From Bacteroidia bacterium (GTDB lineage: Bacteria; Bacteroidota; Bacteroidia; 2-12-FULL-35-15), in NCBI GenBank assembly GCA_020051175.1, contig JAGVJJ010000042.1:26720-90719 (forward strand): DNA of 64,000 bases, written 5' to 3'. The position numbers and the translations under genes were made by a program. Positions within the stretch are counted from its first letter, which is position 1. Every line of letters begins with the position of its first letter. The notes beneath the pieces were generated by a model. That model was given only the letters and a program-made list of their open reading frames with translations, had not been told where the DNA came from and searched no databases. Below, in pieces: positions 34,728 to 44,417 of the stretch.

Positions 34728-37211
34728 TTAAGCAGAAAGCAAAACTTTCAATTTCGGACGCCTGACCTTTTTTCTTTTTGCGGCCTGCATGCGGGCAGAG
34801 TGATACTTCTCAATTGAAAGAACATAGTTCGCGGTTTCCCATGTATCTGCATCATGCCAATAAAATGTGTAACATATTTTTTGCTCATAATCCATCTCAG
34901 AAGTGGAGAGATCCGCATAATAAATACCTACACCGGAATCAAGCGTAACAACATCGTGATATGACAGCCAGTTGTCAGTTGACCATCGTACAGTGGCAGG
35001 AGCCAGACAATGGATTCTTAATGTTTTTCCTTTAGGAATATATTTATAGTTATTATTAAAATGCCAGATAAAAATATTGGAGTCGGTTTTTTCCACCAGG
35101 TACCGTTGCCTGGTTTGTGCAGGCATATCAAAAATCTGCTTCGCTTTTACAGAACGACAAAGTTTAAGGTATTCTGCATGTGCCCATACCAGAGGCATTG
35201 CTGCGCCTGTTGGTTTGCCACGAAACAGTTCAAGCTCAGGAATATCATCAGAATCCCATATTTGTTCTGATATCATGCCCGTTTCAGTAGCAAAATTTTC
35301 TATCGTCTTTAGAAGTTCCGCTGCGTAGGGTAAATTACCGGCAGCAATTTCATAATGCGCACGCTCCCCGGTTAGTAAAGGCCAAGGTCTGCCAACACCA
35401 GTTCCATTAAATGGTTTACCATCTGTATGCTCACCGTATCCATCTCGGTTGTATCTGTACCAGGCGGGCCCCATTGGAGTATCCATTTTTAATGTTGCAT
35501 CAATTACCTTTAAAGTATTCAGGATGCGGGGGTCATTCGCCTCGCGCAATCCAAAACGCACCAAAGCCAATGCATCCGGACTTACCATTTCATTTGCCAG
35601 ACAAACGTTTTCACCAGGCAAGCGATTATTAATCGTAATCATTTCCTTGCCTGAATAATCGGCATCGAAAGATTCTTTTGAATTTATGCGTACGTAATAG
35701 CCATCCACTCCTACCTTTTTAGCTAGGTCAGTTCCCATAACGTATGTCCATCGTTCAACACTTGAATTCCAGGCATCAGCGGTCTGTCTGAAAAATTCAG
35801 CAACCTGAGGCTCGTTGTTCCACTCTGCATATTCAGCGGCCACAACTAAGGCAGAAATCTCAGTAGCCAAAGTAAAAGTGGAATAACCCATATTTTCTTC
35901 CCATCTGTCCTGCTGGGTTATTGGGCCATGTGTAACAAGGTAACTAGCGGCCTTCCGCATCATTGGCCAGAAATGTTTGCGTTCCTCATCTGTGAGCTGT
36001 GTTTCACGGTTAACTAAATCAACAAGCAAAATAGGCAAGGCAGTTTGATCCATTTGAATTCCCGACCAGTAAGGCGAACCATCCAGCCACATATTCTGAG
36101 GCCAGTGCCCGTCCTCCTCCTGAGTAACCATCAGGTAATTCAATACCCTTCTGGCATCTTTATAAGCTCTTGCTGCAAGCAGTCCACCGGCAGTTTGTAC
36201 CATATCGCGCGGCCACACTAAATGATAACCACCCAAATCATCATCCCCCTTATTAAAGCCCCAGGGAATTGAAAGACTAGCAATCAAAGCGCCTGGATGG
36301 CGCTTTGACTCATGCACTTTCAACATTGCAGCGCTGATGCTGAAAAACTTATTTGAATTGTTCCTTTTGGAATTAAGGTTAAGCTTCTTCTGCCAATTTA
36401 TCCATTCACTGATAAATTGGGTTTTGGCAGATTCAAAACTTTCCAGGATACTGGCCCTTGCACGTTGTCCGGCTTCTTCAGGATTTCGTCCAAAGCCAAG
36501 AGCAACAACAAAACTGTTATTATTTACTTCATCGAGATCAATCTCTCCGGTTAAAGCAACATTACCATTTTCGGCACGCTCAAATTGCCATAACATTTGT
36601 TTATGACGCATCAAATCCTGCCATCCGTCAGAACTACCAACAAAACCAGCAGATCCTTTTTTCCATGGCACAGAACAAGCAAGAGCCAATGATGTTCCAC
36701 CCCGTTGGGCAAACAACATCGGAATACCTTTATAATCCCCCACCCATGCAGTATTGCCAGCACCCGAATTACCAAGGTGTGGAGCAAGCAGCATGAACAG
36801 TTTAAAATCTTTGTTTTTTTTCTTCAAAGGAAAAAACTGTATCCTTTGCAATACTGTATCTCTTACAGGATCCGAAATAATCTCTTTCTCAATTCTATAG
36901 TAACGGGAGTTGCAGCTGTTCGTAACATGATAGCCCGGTACACCCTCTGATAAATATTTTACCTGGTGAGAGGTGTCTTTTTTTTCTTCTGAGAAAAATT
37001 GTTTCCCATCTGTTACAATTAAGCCTAAATCACTTGTGCAGGCCTGGTCTACCTGTGGATAATATATTTCATTCAATATACCATGACTGATAGAATACCA
37101 TACTTTACTTGCAGGGTTAAGAGCTGTACCAACTCCACTTTTTGCACTGGATGTCCAGCGAGCTTCAATACCCGGCCAACCAAACGCATATTTTTCTTTT
37201 CTAAATAACAT
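34728..37211 (-). CDS. Glycoside hydrolase family 15 (bacterial glucoamylase/glucodextranase-type) with extra C-terminal ~130-aa domain
   Basis: GGYHLVWPRDMVQTAGGLLAA, DGHWPQNMWLDG.PYW.GIQMDQTA, TQQDRWEENMGYSTFT and EQIWD are GH15 (alpha/alpha)6-barrel motifs. A beta-sandwich domain lies N-terminal. No signal peptide. Confidence 0.85.
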   Translation of the reverse strand: MLFRKEKYAFGWPGIEARWTSSAKSGVGTALNPASKVWYSISHGILNEIYYPQVDQACTSDLGLIVTDGKQFFSEEKKDTSHQVKYLSEGVPGYHVTNSCNSRYYRIEKEIISDPVRDTVLQRIQFFPLKKKNKDFKLFMLLAPHLGNSGAGNTAWVGDYKGIPMLFAQRGGTSLALACSVPWKKGSAGFVGSSDGWQDLMRHKQMLWQFERAENGNVALTGEIDLDEVNNNSFVVALGFGRNPEEAGQRARASILESFESAKTQFISEWINWQKKLNLNSKRNNSNKFFSISAAMLKVHESKRHPGALIASLSIPWGFNKGDDDLGGYHLVWPRDMVQTAGGLLAARAYKDARRVLNYLMVTQEEDGHWPQNMWLDGSPYWSGIQMDQTALPILLVDLVNRETQLTDEERKHFWPMMRKAASYLVTHGPITQQDRWEENMGYSTFTLATEISALVVAAEYAEWNNEPQVAEFFRQTADAWNSSVERWTYVMGTDLAKKVGVDGYYVRINSKESFDADYSGKEMITINNRLPGENVCLANEMVSPDALALVRFGLREANDPRILNTLKVIDATLKMDTPMGPAWYRYNRDGYGEHTDGKPFNGTGVGRPWPLLTGERAHYEIAAGNLPYAAELLKTIENFATETGMISEQIWDSDDIPELELFRGKPTGAAMPLVWAHAEYLKLCRSVKAKQIFDMPAQTRQRYLVEKTDSNIFIWHFNNNYKYIPKGKTLRIHCLAPATVRWSTDNWLSYHDVVTLDSGVGIYYADLSTSEMDYEQKICYTFYWHDADTWETANYVLSIEKYHSARMQAAKRKKVRRPKLKVLLSA

Positions 37212-37300
37212 AAAGGAAATACAATTAAAAGATTAAAGGATAGTAATGAACCTTATTTATAATATTGGTTCTGTGAAATACCACAGAGAATATAATATGT

Positions 37301-38005
37301 CTATTTAGCAGTTTCTCCGCCTTTTTCAGCTTTCACCTGCGTGCTAACCGATTCTGTTTTATTGCCGGAAATAACAGCTGGCCCCGACAAATCATCAAAG
37401 TAATAAGTATCGGAACTGGATGAATTAGGATTAAACAATAAAGTAATCTGATTTACCTGGGTAGATGTAGTTTTACTGCCTTCCGGAATTTGTGCAAATT
37501 TAAATTCCAGTTCTTCCCAGGCATTGCTTACAGTTGTATGTGCCTGAAACTGGCTGTGTGTTCCGTCAGGATAAGCATTATTCCCGGTTTTATCACCTAA
37601 AAGAATTTCAACGAGCGTTCCTGCCGGAGCAGTAGTATATAATTTCAATTTAATTTTTGGTGGTATACCTGTATAAGTAGCATAACTGCTTACATCCGAT
37701 AAGTTGCCGGACACATTCATTTTAATATTGTCGAATTTTTTACCTCTGTTTCTCACATACATGGCGCATTTGGCAGATGTATTAACACCAGAAGAAGAAG
37801 GATTCTTAGCAGCTGTATCCAACACTCCGTTTTTTGAGCCATAGGTTACAAATTTTTTTCCTTCAAAATCATCATACGTTTGTGTCTGGGCATTTGTGTT
37901 TCCAGCATAAATAAAAAAAGCAAAAAGAAGAGCAGTTGCGGTTTCCATTTTACCTGCAATCAATTGTTTCCAGTAGCTCTGGGCATTTTTTGTCTGAGTG
38001 TTCAT
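37301..38005 (-). CDS. Secreted CBM-like beta-sandwich protein, unknown specificity
   Basis: The start is ATG 38005 or, more likely, M20 (37948), which gives METATALLFAFFIYAGNTNAQ. DDFEG...KC..Y.R......NI......L......Y....LK.Y...P.G..V...L and a YYFDDL ending are typical of carbohydrate-binding-module-like domains. Confidence 0.6.
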   Translation of the reverse strand: MNTQTKNAQSYWKQLIAGKMETATALLFAFFIYAGNTNAQTQTYDDFEGKKFVTYGSKNGVLDTAAKNPSSSGVNTSAKCAMYVRNRGKKFDNIKMNVSGNLSDVSSYATYTGIPPKIKLKLYTTAPAGTLVEILLGDKTGNNAYPDGTHSQFQAHTTVSNAWEELEFKFAQIPEGSKTTSTQVNQITLLFNPNSSSSDTYYFDDLSGPAVISGNKTESVSTQVKAEKGGETAK

Positions 38006-38337
38006 AAGTTTAAATGAGTTTTAGGTTTGTAAGAAGTGTTGTTTTACTTAAACATCGGGGCAAAACTAGGGCTATACACATCTATACCTATTTCTTATTC
38101 GATGATACAAGCCTTTGTATAGCTGAAATCTTAAATATCATTGTTTGGAATTAGTCAGGATTTAAGTGAAAATAAACCAATACCTAATTCCCTGAACACA
38201 AATACTTTTAGACTTGTATTTTGGATTGTTTAACTATAGAAAATAAAGTATGAACGAATATGAATTCGCCTCCTTCTACAATTAAAATATTTTTGAACCC
38301 AATTCTATTTAATTCCAAAACCAATTCAGTTACACTT

Positions 38338-39348
38338 ATGAAAATAATTATACCAATGGCCGGTATGGGAAAGCGCATGCGTCCGCATACTTTAACAACT
38401 CCTAAACCTCTTTTGCCAATTGCAGGAAAGTCAATTGTTCAAAGACTTGCAGAAGACATTGCAAAGGTTTCGCCAGAAAAAATTGATGAAATCGCTTTTG
38501 TAACAGGACATTTCGGAAAAGAAACTGAGAATCATTTATTAAAAATTGCTTCCGATATGGGTGCAAAAGGCTCTATTTATTATCAGGAAGAGGCATTAGG
38601 AACAGCACATGCTATTTTATGCGCTCAAAAAGCACTGAAAGGAAAAGTAATTGTAGCTTTTGCAGACACCTTGTTTAAAGCAGATTTTAAACTTGACGAT
38701 ACACAGGATGGTATTATATGGGTGCAAAAAGTTGCCGATCCAAAGCCGTTTGGTGTAGTAAAAATAAATAAGGAAGGCCATATTACGGATTTTGTGGAAA
38801 AACCGGAATATTTCGTTTCTGATCTTGCCATAATTGGAATCTATTATTTTAAAGACGGAGCTAACCTGAAGCAGGAGCTGCAATACCTTATTGACAATAA
38901 AATAAAGGATAAGGGAGAATTCCAATTAACAAATGCTCTGGAAAACATGAAGAACAAAGGATTAAAATTTGTTCCCGGAAGAGTGACGGAGTGGTTGGAT
39001 TGCGGCAACAAAGACGCAACAGTTTACACAAATCAGAGGGTTTTGGAATTCGATAAGAAACAACCCCTTATCTCCAATACGCATGTATCTCAGAACTCTG
39101 TTATTATCGAGCCTTGTTATATTGGAGAAAATGTGCAGCTCATCAATTCTATTGTGGGCCCTTATGTTTCAATTGGACATAATTCTATTATCGAAAACTC
39201 TGTGGTAAAAAACAGCATTGTTCAGACCAATACCAAAATTTCATGCGCTAATATTCATAATTCAATGCTCGGAAATTACGTTGAGTTCAGCAATCACAGC
39301 CTCGAGTTAAGTATTGGCGATTACAATATTCAGCAACATAAGTCATAA
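38338..39348 (+). CDS. Sugar-phosphate nucleotidyltransferase (NTP_transferase domain + left-handed beta-helix C-terminus)
   Basis: ATG 38338 gives MKIIIPMAGMGKRMRPHTLTTPKPLLPIAGKSIV (G-x-G-x-R-x-n-K-P motif). C-terminal hexapeptide-like repeats: IIEPCYIGENV.L.NSIVGPYVSIG.NS.IENS.V.NSIV. Confidence 0.8.
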   Translation: MKIIIPMAGMGKRMRPHTLTTPKPLLPIAGKSIVQRLAEDIAKVSPEKIDEIAFVTGHFGKETENHLLKIASDMGAKGSIYYQEEALGTAHAILCAQKALKGKVIVAFADTLFKADFKLDDTQDGIIWVQKVADPKPFGVVKINKEGHITDFVEKPEYFVSDLAIIGIYYFKDGANLKQELQYLIDNKIKDKGEFQLTNALENMKNKGLKFVPGRVTEWLDCGNKDATVYTNQRVLEFDKKQPLISNTHVSQNSVIIEPCYIGENVQLINSIVGPYVSIGHNSIIENSVVKNSIVQTNTKISCANIHNSMLGNYVEFSNHSLELSIGDYNIQQHKS

Positions 39349-39381
39349 ATTTCTCTATCTATAAACTCAATTCCTGCACAT

Positions 39382-41160
39382 ATGAATATTACTGACCAAC
39401 TTACTCTTGAACTGGGAAAATACCAAGCTAATTTTCAAAGCCGTTTGAAGCTGCTGAATGAACAGAACTTTGTTGAACGCTTCTGGAACAAGGATGAAAG
39501 CCTTTGGAAAGATAAAGATGCAACCGCATTTATGGGTTGGCTGACCGTTGTCGATAAAATGATCGAAGCATTGCCTTCCATAGAAGAATTTTGCCAATGC
39601 AAGGCAGTTTCAGGCTTTAAGCATGTTGTATTATTGGGAATGGGTGGCAGTAGCATGACACCGCTGGTGTTTCAGCAAACATTCAAAAAATCAGGAAAAG
39701 GATTAAAGCTGCTGGTTATAGATACAACAGATCCCCAAACCATACAAAATGTAGAAAAGGAAATCAACATCGCCAAAACGCTATTTGTAGTTTCCAGCAA
39801 ATCGGGAAATACCGCAGAAATAATGGCTTTGTACGATTACTTTTTTGATCGTGTTTTTAAAATAAAGGAAGATCGTGCTGGTGAGAACTTTATTGCCATT
39901 ACTGATCAGAATTCTCCTTTGACCGGTATTGCCAAAAGAAGGCAGTTCAGAAAAGTATTTATTAACTTTTCTGATATCGGAGGCCGGTTCTCTGCATTAT
40001 CGTACTTCGGGATTGTGCCTGCAGCACTTATGGGAATTGACGTTCGTCAATTGCTGGAACGCGCACGCACAATGATAAAAAGCTGTGGCCCTGAAGCCCC
40101 GGTTTATGAAAACCCGGGAGTAACTTTAGGAGCAGCGATTGCTGAAATGGCTATGCAGGGCTGTGATAAGCTTACATATCTTACCCCACCCAATATGAGC
40201 TGCTTTGGGCTTTGGCTTGAGCAGCTTATTGCTGAAAGTACAGGTAAGGAAGAAAAAGGCATTTTACCAGTAAATGGCACACCACTGATTGAGCTTGAAA
40301 CGTACGGGAAAGATCGTTTTTTTGTATCCATGCAGATGGCATCCAAACAAAACGATATAGAAAAACTGAAAGAGTTGATAGCTGCAGAATTTCCGGTAAT
40401 AAATATCTTAATTCAGGATCCTTTGGATATAGGACAGGAATTCTTTCGCTGGGAAATAGCAACTGCAGTTGCCGGAGCTATACTTCATATCAATCCGTTT
40501 GACCAGCCTAACGTGCAGGAAAGTAAAACAAAAACAAATCAGCTATTAAAAAAAGTAGAGCTACATGGCAGTTTACCGGAAATGGAACCGGTGCACATCG
40601 ACAATAATCTGCACTACTATGTTTCACCTGTTGAAAACAACATTATTGATGAGAAACTGGATGGAAAACTGCTGCTCGAAAACTTTCTGGCCTTATCCAA
40701 AACAGGCAACTATATAGCCCTGCAGGTATATTTACCCCAGGAAGCCGAAGTGGAAAAATATTTACTTGACATTCAGCTTACTTTACAACGAAGTCTTCAT
40801 ATTCCTGTAACTGTTCAATTCGGGCCACGCTATCTCCATTCTACAGGTCAATACCACAAGGGCGGCCCAAACAATGGATTCTTTATCCAGTTTACCGGTA
40901 ACTCATCAGAGAGTCTTGCAATTCCTGGACAAACTTACACTTTTGGTTTGTTAAAAAGAGCTCAGGCAATTGGTGATATGCAAGCTTTGATCGAGCACAA
41001 TAAAAAAGTAATGCTTGTTGACACCGGTAAAGATTATATAAATGGACTGAATGCATTTAAACAGATCGTTAAAAAACTAAAACCTTTAAAAAAGAATATC
41101 CAGAAGAAGAGCACAACTTATCCTAACCAGGAAGAAAATGTTCTATCACTGGCTGTCTAA
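39382..41160 (+). CDS. pgi: Glucose-6-phosphate isomerase (SIS-domain PGI of the type fused to transaldolase in other bacteria)
   Basis: RFWNKDESLWKDKD...GWL, VVLLGMGGSSMTP, LFVVSSKSGNTAE, IGGRFSALS.FG. VPAAL, and PFDQPNVQESK near the C-terminal part. Confidence 0.7.
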   Translation: MNITDQLTLELGKYQANFQSRLKLLNEQNFVERFWNKDESLWKDKDATAFMGWLTVVDKMIEALPSIEEFCQCKAVSGFKHVVLLGMGGSSMTPLVFQQTFKKSGKGLKLLVIDTTDPQTIQNVEKEINIAKTLFVVSSKSGNTAEIMALYDYFFDRVFKIKEDRAGENFIAITDQNSPLTGIAKRRQFRKVFINFSDIGGRFSALSYFGIVPAALMGIDVRQLLERARTMIKSCGPEAPVYENPGVTLGAAIAEMAMQGCDKLTYLTPPNMSCFGLWLEQLIAESTGKEEKGILPVNGTPLIELETYGKDRFFVSMQMASKQNDIEKLKELIAAEFPVINILIQDPLDIGQEFFRWEIATAVAGAILHINPFDQPNVQESKTKTNQLLKKVELHGSLPEMEPVHIDNNLHYYVSPVENNIIDEKLDGKLLLENFLALSKTGNYIALQVYLPQEAEVEKYLLDIQLTLQRSLHIPVTVQFGPRYLHSTGQYHKGGPNNGFFIQFTGNSSESLAIPGQTYTFGLLKRAQAIGDMQALIEHNKKVMLVDTGKDYINGLNAFKQIVKKLKPLKKNIQKKSTTYPNQEENVLSLAV

Positions 41161-41238
41161 TCAAACATTTAATACATGTTTTAAGCTACCAAAATACAGT
41201 TGCTATCGAATATAAACCTTAAGGCCTTAAAACAGATG

Positions 41239-41246
41239 TAATTTTG
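41239..41246 (+). promoter_or_regulatory. Bacteroidota -7 promoter box TAATTTTG
   Basis: Perfect TAnnTTTG 42 nt upstream of ATG 41288. Confidence 0.45.
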
Positions 41247-41287
41247 AATCAGGAATTATAACATAAAATATAAAAACTATAAATATC

Positions 41288-41746
41288 ATGGAAACAGTAA
41301 AAGAAGTAAAAAGCGTGGATGCATTAAAAGAGTTGATTGTCATTAACAATGACCGTTATGAAGGTTATAAAACTGCATCCAAAGAAACTAAAGATCCCGA
41401 CTATAAAGCGCTGTTTGCCGAATTCAGCTTACAAAGTAAACGATTTGGCGATGAGCTAAGAAAATTGATACCATTTACCGAGGAAACTCCTGACAGAGAT
41501 GAAACCAAAGCTTCCGGCAAAATCTACAGGGTTTGGATGGACGTTAAAGCTGCACTAACCGCTAATGATACCAAATCAATTTTGGCTTCATGCGAATTTG
41601 GTGAAGACGTTGCACTTAAAACGTACAACGATGTTCTTGAAGAACCCGAAGAAATTTCAAGCGAGCTTTTAGAGTTAATCAAAAAGCAGCGCGCAGAGTT
41701 GCAAAAGAGTCATGACCTTATAAAAGCTAAACGGGACATGGTTTAA
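41288..41746 (+). CDS. PA2169-family (TIGR02284/DUF2383) four-helix-bundle, ferritin-like protein
   Basis: L.ELI..NNDRYEGYKTA........YKALF.EF..QS.RF..EL...I........ET.....IYRVWMD.K......D.K.IL.SCEFGEDVALKTYNDVL fits the family pattern as I recall it. Confidence 0.65.
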   Translation: METVKEVKSVDALKELIVINNDRYEGYKTASKETKDPDYKALFAEFSLQSKRFGDELRKLIPFTEETPDRDETKASGKIYRVWMDVKAALTANDTKSILASCEFGEDVALKTYNDVLEEPEEISSELLELIKKQRAELQKSHDLIKAKRDMV

Positions 41747-41827
41747 TCCCGGGGAAAATTAATTGGATAAATTAATTAAACCAAGTTGTCATGAGGAGTG
41801 GCATTAGTATTTGCTCTATCAATAATA

Positions 41828-41863
41828 AACGGCAAGGGATTTATTCCCTTCCGTTTTCTTTTT
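41828..41863 (+). terminator. Rho-independent terminator
   Basis: aacgg(c)aaggga-tttat-tcccttccgtt: an 11-bp stem with one bulged C, followed by ttctttttt. Confidence 0.75.
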
Positions 41864-41909
41864 AAAAATATTTTTCTTCTTCTGGTTATTAATTAAAAGT
41901 GTGAGCACA

Positions 41910-43985
41910 ATGAAACGTAAATCCTACCTTCTAACCACACTGTTTTCAATCTTACTGCTTCACAATTCACTGTGTTATGCTCAATGGGAAACAGAAGGAC
42001 CACACGGTGGCCCTGTTAACGCTCTTATTACTGTAAACAATACTGTTTACGCAGGAACGAACAATGGTGTTTTCCGGTCGGGAAACAATGGTGTTACCTG
42101 GCAAAAAGCAAACAACGGTATTGAGAGAAAAGCAGTTGCTGCACTCACAGCAAAAGGTACAATGCTGTTTGCTGGTGTTTATGATCACGGAGTTTATGTA
42201 TCTGTAGACAATGGTTCCACCTGGGCACCAAAAAACAATGGACTTGCCAACTTTTATATCAGTTCAATATTCACAGCCAGTAACGGAAAAATATTTGTTG
42301 CGACTTCGGATGGAGTTTTTGTTTCCACCAATAACGGAGATTCCTGGAACCTTGCCAACACGGGGATTCCAGCTACCTATTCCATTTATACTTTCGCACA
42401 GATGGGTGATACCGTTTACGGTGGATCTTATGGAATGGGACTTTATCGAACAGTAAATGATGGAACAACATGGACCAGCGTGACCGATGGTTTCCCGACA
42501 AACTGTTTTGTTTATGCAATTATTTCAAACGCTAATACATTGTATGCCGGTACCAGCGCAGGTATTTTTAAATCTGAAAACCGCGGACAAACGTGGATAA
42601 GCTCTAATACCGGATTCCCATCCTATATGTGGGCCAAAGCATTTGCAGTAAAAGAAGGGTTCATTTTTGCAGGAACTTATTCCGAAGGTATTTTTGTTTC
42701 AGCAAACAATGGCAATAGCTGGAACCCTGTAAATACAGGCATTCCTGATATGCCGTTCCCAACAGGGTTACCGCACAATTATCCTTCTGTTTATAACCTG
42801 CTGAACACCGGAACAGCTTTATTGGCATCTACCGTAAATGGCAATTACATTACATTTAATTACGGTGTAGCTTGGGCCGAATCAAACCAGGGTATTGAAG
42901 GAACAGATGTAAAAGCCATTACTGCGAACGGAAATGGCGTATTGGCAGGCACTGAATTAAATGGAATATACAAGCTTCAAACCAACGGGCACAACTGGAT
43001 ATCCGACAATGCAGGACTCAGCTCTCACGATATTTATGCCTTAACCTCCAAAGGAAATACAGTATTTGCTGCAACAATGAACGAAGGTGTTTTTAAATCC
43101 AATAACAATGGAAGCAGCTGGCAGCAGGCCGATGCAGGACTTACAAGTGATGCCGTAACTTTAGAAGCCGGAAGTTCGGCTGTTTTCGCAATTACCAGAG
43201 GAGCTATAGCCACGCCATCGGCCTTATATTATACTACAGATGAAGGGAGTAGCTGGATAGAAATACCTACAGGTTTTGCAGGTGGTATGAGTGCCCTGCA
43301 CGTAAAGGATACAGTGCTTTTTGTTGGAACAACCGCAGGCACCTTGTACACCTCAGCATATAACTCAATTCAATGGCAAAATATAAGCACCGGATTACCT
43401 GCTGCAAAAATAAATGCTGTTTTAAAATACAACGACCTGCTATATGCCGGAACCGAAGCGGGGTTATATAAATCTACCGACAATGGGAATAGCTGGTTAC
43501 CAGCATCCACAGGCCTTACTAACGACACCATTACCGATCTCCTTGAACAAAGCGGCATTTTATATGCTTCTACCTGGGGCGATGGTGTCTTTATTTCATA
43601 TAATGCGGGTGTAAGCTGGCTGCCTTATAACAACAACCTGTACAATCCGTTCATATATTCTATGGTACAGCACAACGATAAACTATTTGCGGCTACAAGT
43701 AGCGCAGTATATAGCGCGCCATTGGTAACTACAGGTGTTGGGAAGCCGAATAAGGAAATAGCAATCAAATTATATCCTAACCCTGCTAACGGGCTTATAT
43801 ACTATAAAGTGGAGACCACTGACGAAATAACCCTGCAGGCAACCAATTCCAAAGGAGAGTTGGTTTACAGTTATAAAGGGGCCGCCAGAGAATACATTGA
43901 TTTGAGCAGCCTGGCTTCAGGAGTTTATTTCATAAATATCCAAACAGATAAAGGAATGGTAACCGACAGGATAATTATTCAATAA
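41910..43985 (+). CDS. T9SS-secreted BNR/Asp-box (sortilin/Ycf48-like) double beta-propeller protein
   Basis: ATG 41910 (the track start 41901 is GTG) gives the signal peptide MKRKSYLLTTLFSILLLHNSLCYAQ. There are more than 12 S.(D/N)(N/G)G.(S/T)W Asp-box repeats (SGNNGVTW, SVDNGSTW, STNNGDSW, TVNDGTTW, ...). C-terminal T9SS domain: LYPNPANGLIYYKVE...GVYFINIQTDKG. Confidence 0.85.
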   Translation: MKRKSYLLTTLFSILLLHNSLCYAQWETEGPHGGPVNALITVNNTVYAGTNNGVFRSGNNGVTWQKANNGIERKAVAALTAKGTMLFAGVYDHGVYVSVDNGSTWAPKNNGLANFYISSIFTASNGKIFVATSDGVFVSTNNGDSWNLANTGIPATYSIYTFAQMGDTVYGGSYGMGLYRTVNDGTTWTSVTDGFPTNCFVYAIISNANTLYAGTSAGIFKSENRGQTWISSNTGFPSYMWAKAFAVKEGFIFAGTYSEGIFVSANNGNSWNPVNTGIPDMPFPTGLPHNYPSVYNLLNTGTALLASTVNGNYITFNYGVAWAESNQGIEGTDVKAITANGNGVLAGTELNGIYKLQTNGHNWISDNAGLSSHDIYALTSKGNTVFAATMNEGVFKSNNNGSSWQQADAGLTSDAVTLEAGSSAVFAITRGAIATPSALYYTTDEGSSWIEIPTGFAGGMSALHVKDTVLFVGTTAGTLYTSAYNSIQWQNISTGLPAAKINAVLKYNDLLYAGTEAGLYKSTDNGNSWLPASTGLTNDTITDLLEQSGILYASTWGDGVFISYNAGVSWLPYNNNLYNPFIYSMVQHNDKLFAATSSAVYSAPLVTTGVGKPNKEIAIKLYPNPANGLIYYKVETTDEITLQATNSKGELVYSYKGAAREYIDLSSLASGVYFINIQTDKGMVTDRIIIQ

Positions 43986-43998
43986 TCCTCACTCCTGC

Positions 43999-44412
43999 TT
44001 AACCCGCTGCAGCAAGCTCTTCAAAAAGGCTAACGGCATCGGGTGAGGCAGGTTTACTATCCAGGGGCTTAATGATATACCCGCTCACACCTAGTTTTTT
44101 TGCCGTTATCTGATCATATTCCTCGCTGGAGGTTGTCATAATATATACCTTAATACTCTTTAAGCTGTAATAATTTTTAATTATCAGCAGAAATTCAAGG
44201 CCATTCATTTTGGGCATGTTTATATCCAGCAAAATGATGTCTGGTGTTATTTTCTCTTTGTCCGGATTATTTCCGTTTAACAAAGCAAGTGCCTCCACCC
44301 CGTTATGAGCCACTTTCAACACATGATTGGTTTTCATTTTTCCAAGAACCCGTTGAACACTCATTATATCGAGATAATCATCCTCTATGAGCAAAATTGT
44401 TTTTGAATCCAT
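43999..44412 (-). CDS. Stand-alone response regulator (REC domain only)
   Basis: ILLIEDDYLD, PDIILLDINMPKMNGLEFL and VYIMTTSSEEYD are canonical D-D-K REC residues. 137 aa. The gene starts 5 nt after the kinase stop. Confidence 0.9.
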   Translation of the reverse strand: MDSKTILLIEDDYLDIMSVQRVLGKMKTNHVLKVAHNGVEALALLNGNNPDKEKITPDIILLDINMPKMNGLEFLLIIKNYYSLKSIKVYIMTTSSEEYDQITAKKLGVSGYIIKPLDSKPASPDAVSLFEELAAAG

Positions 44413-44417
44413 ATCTA

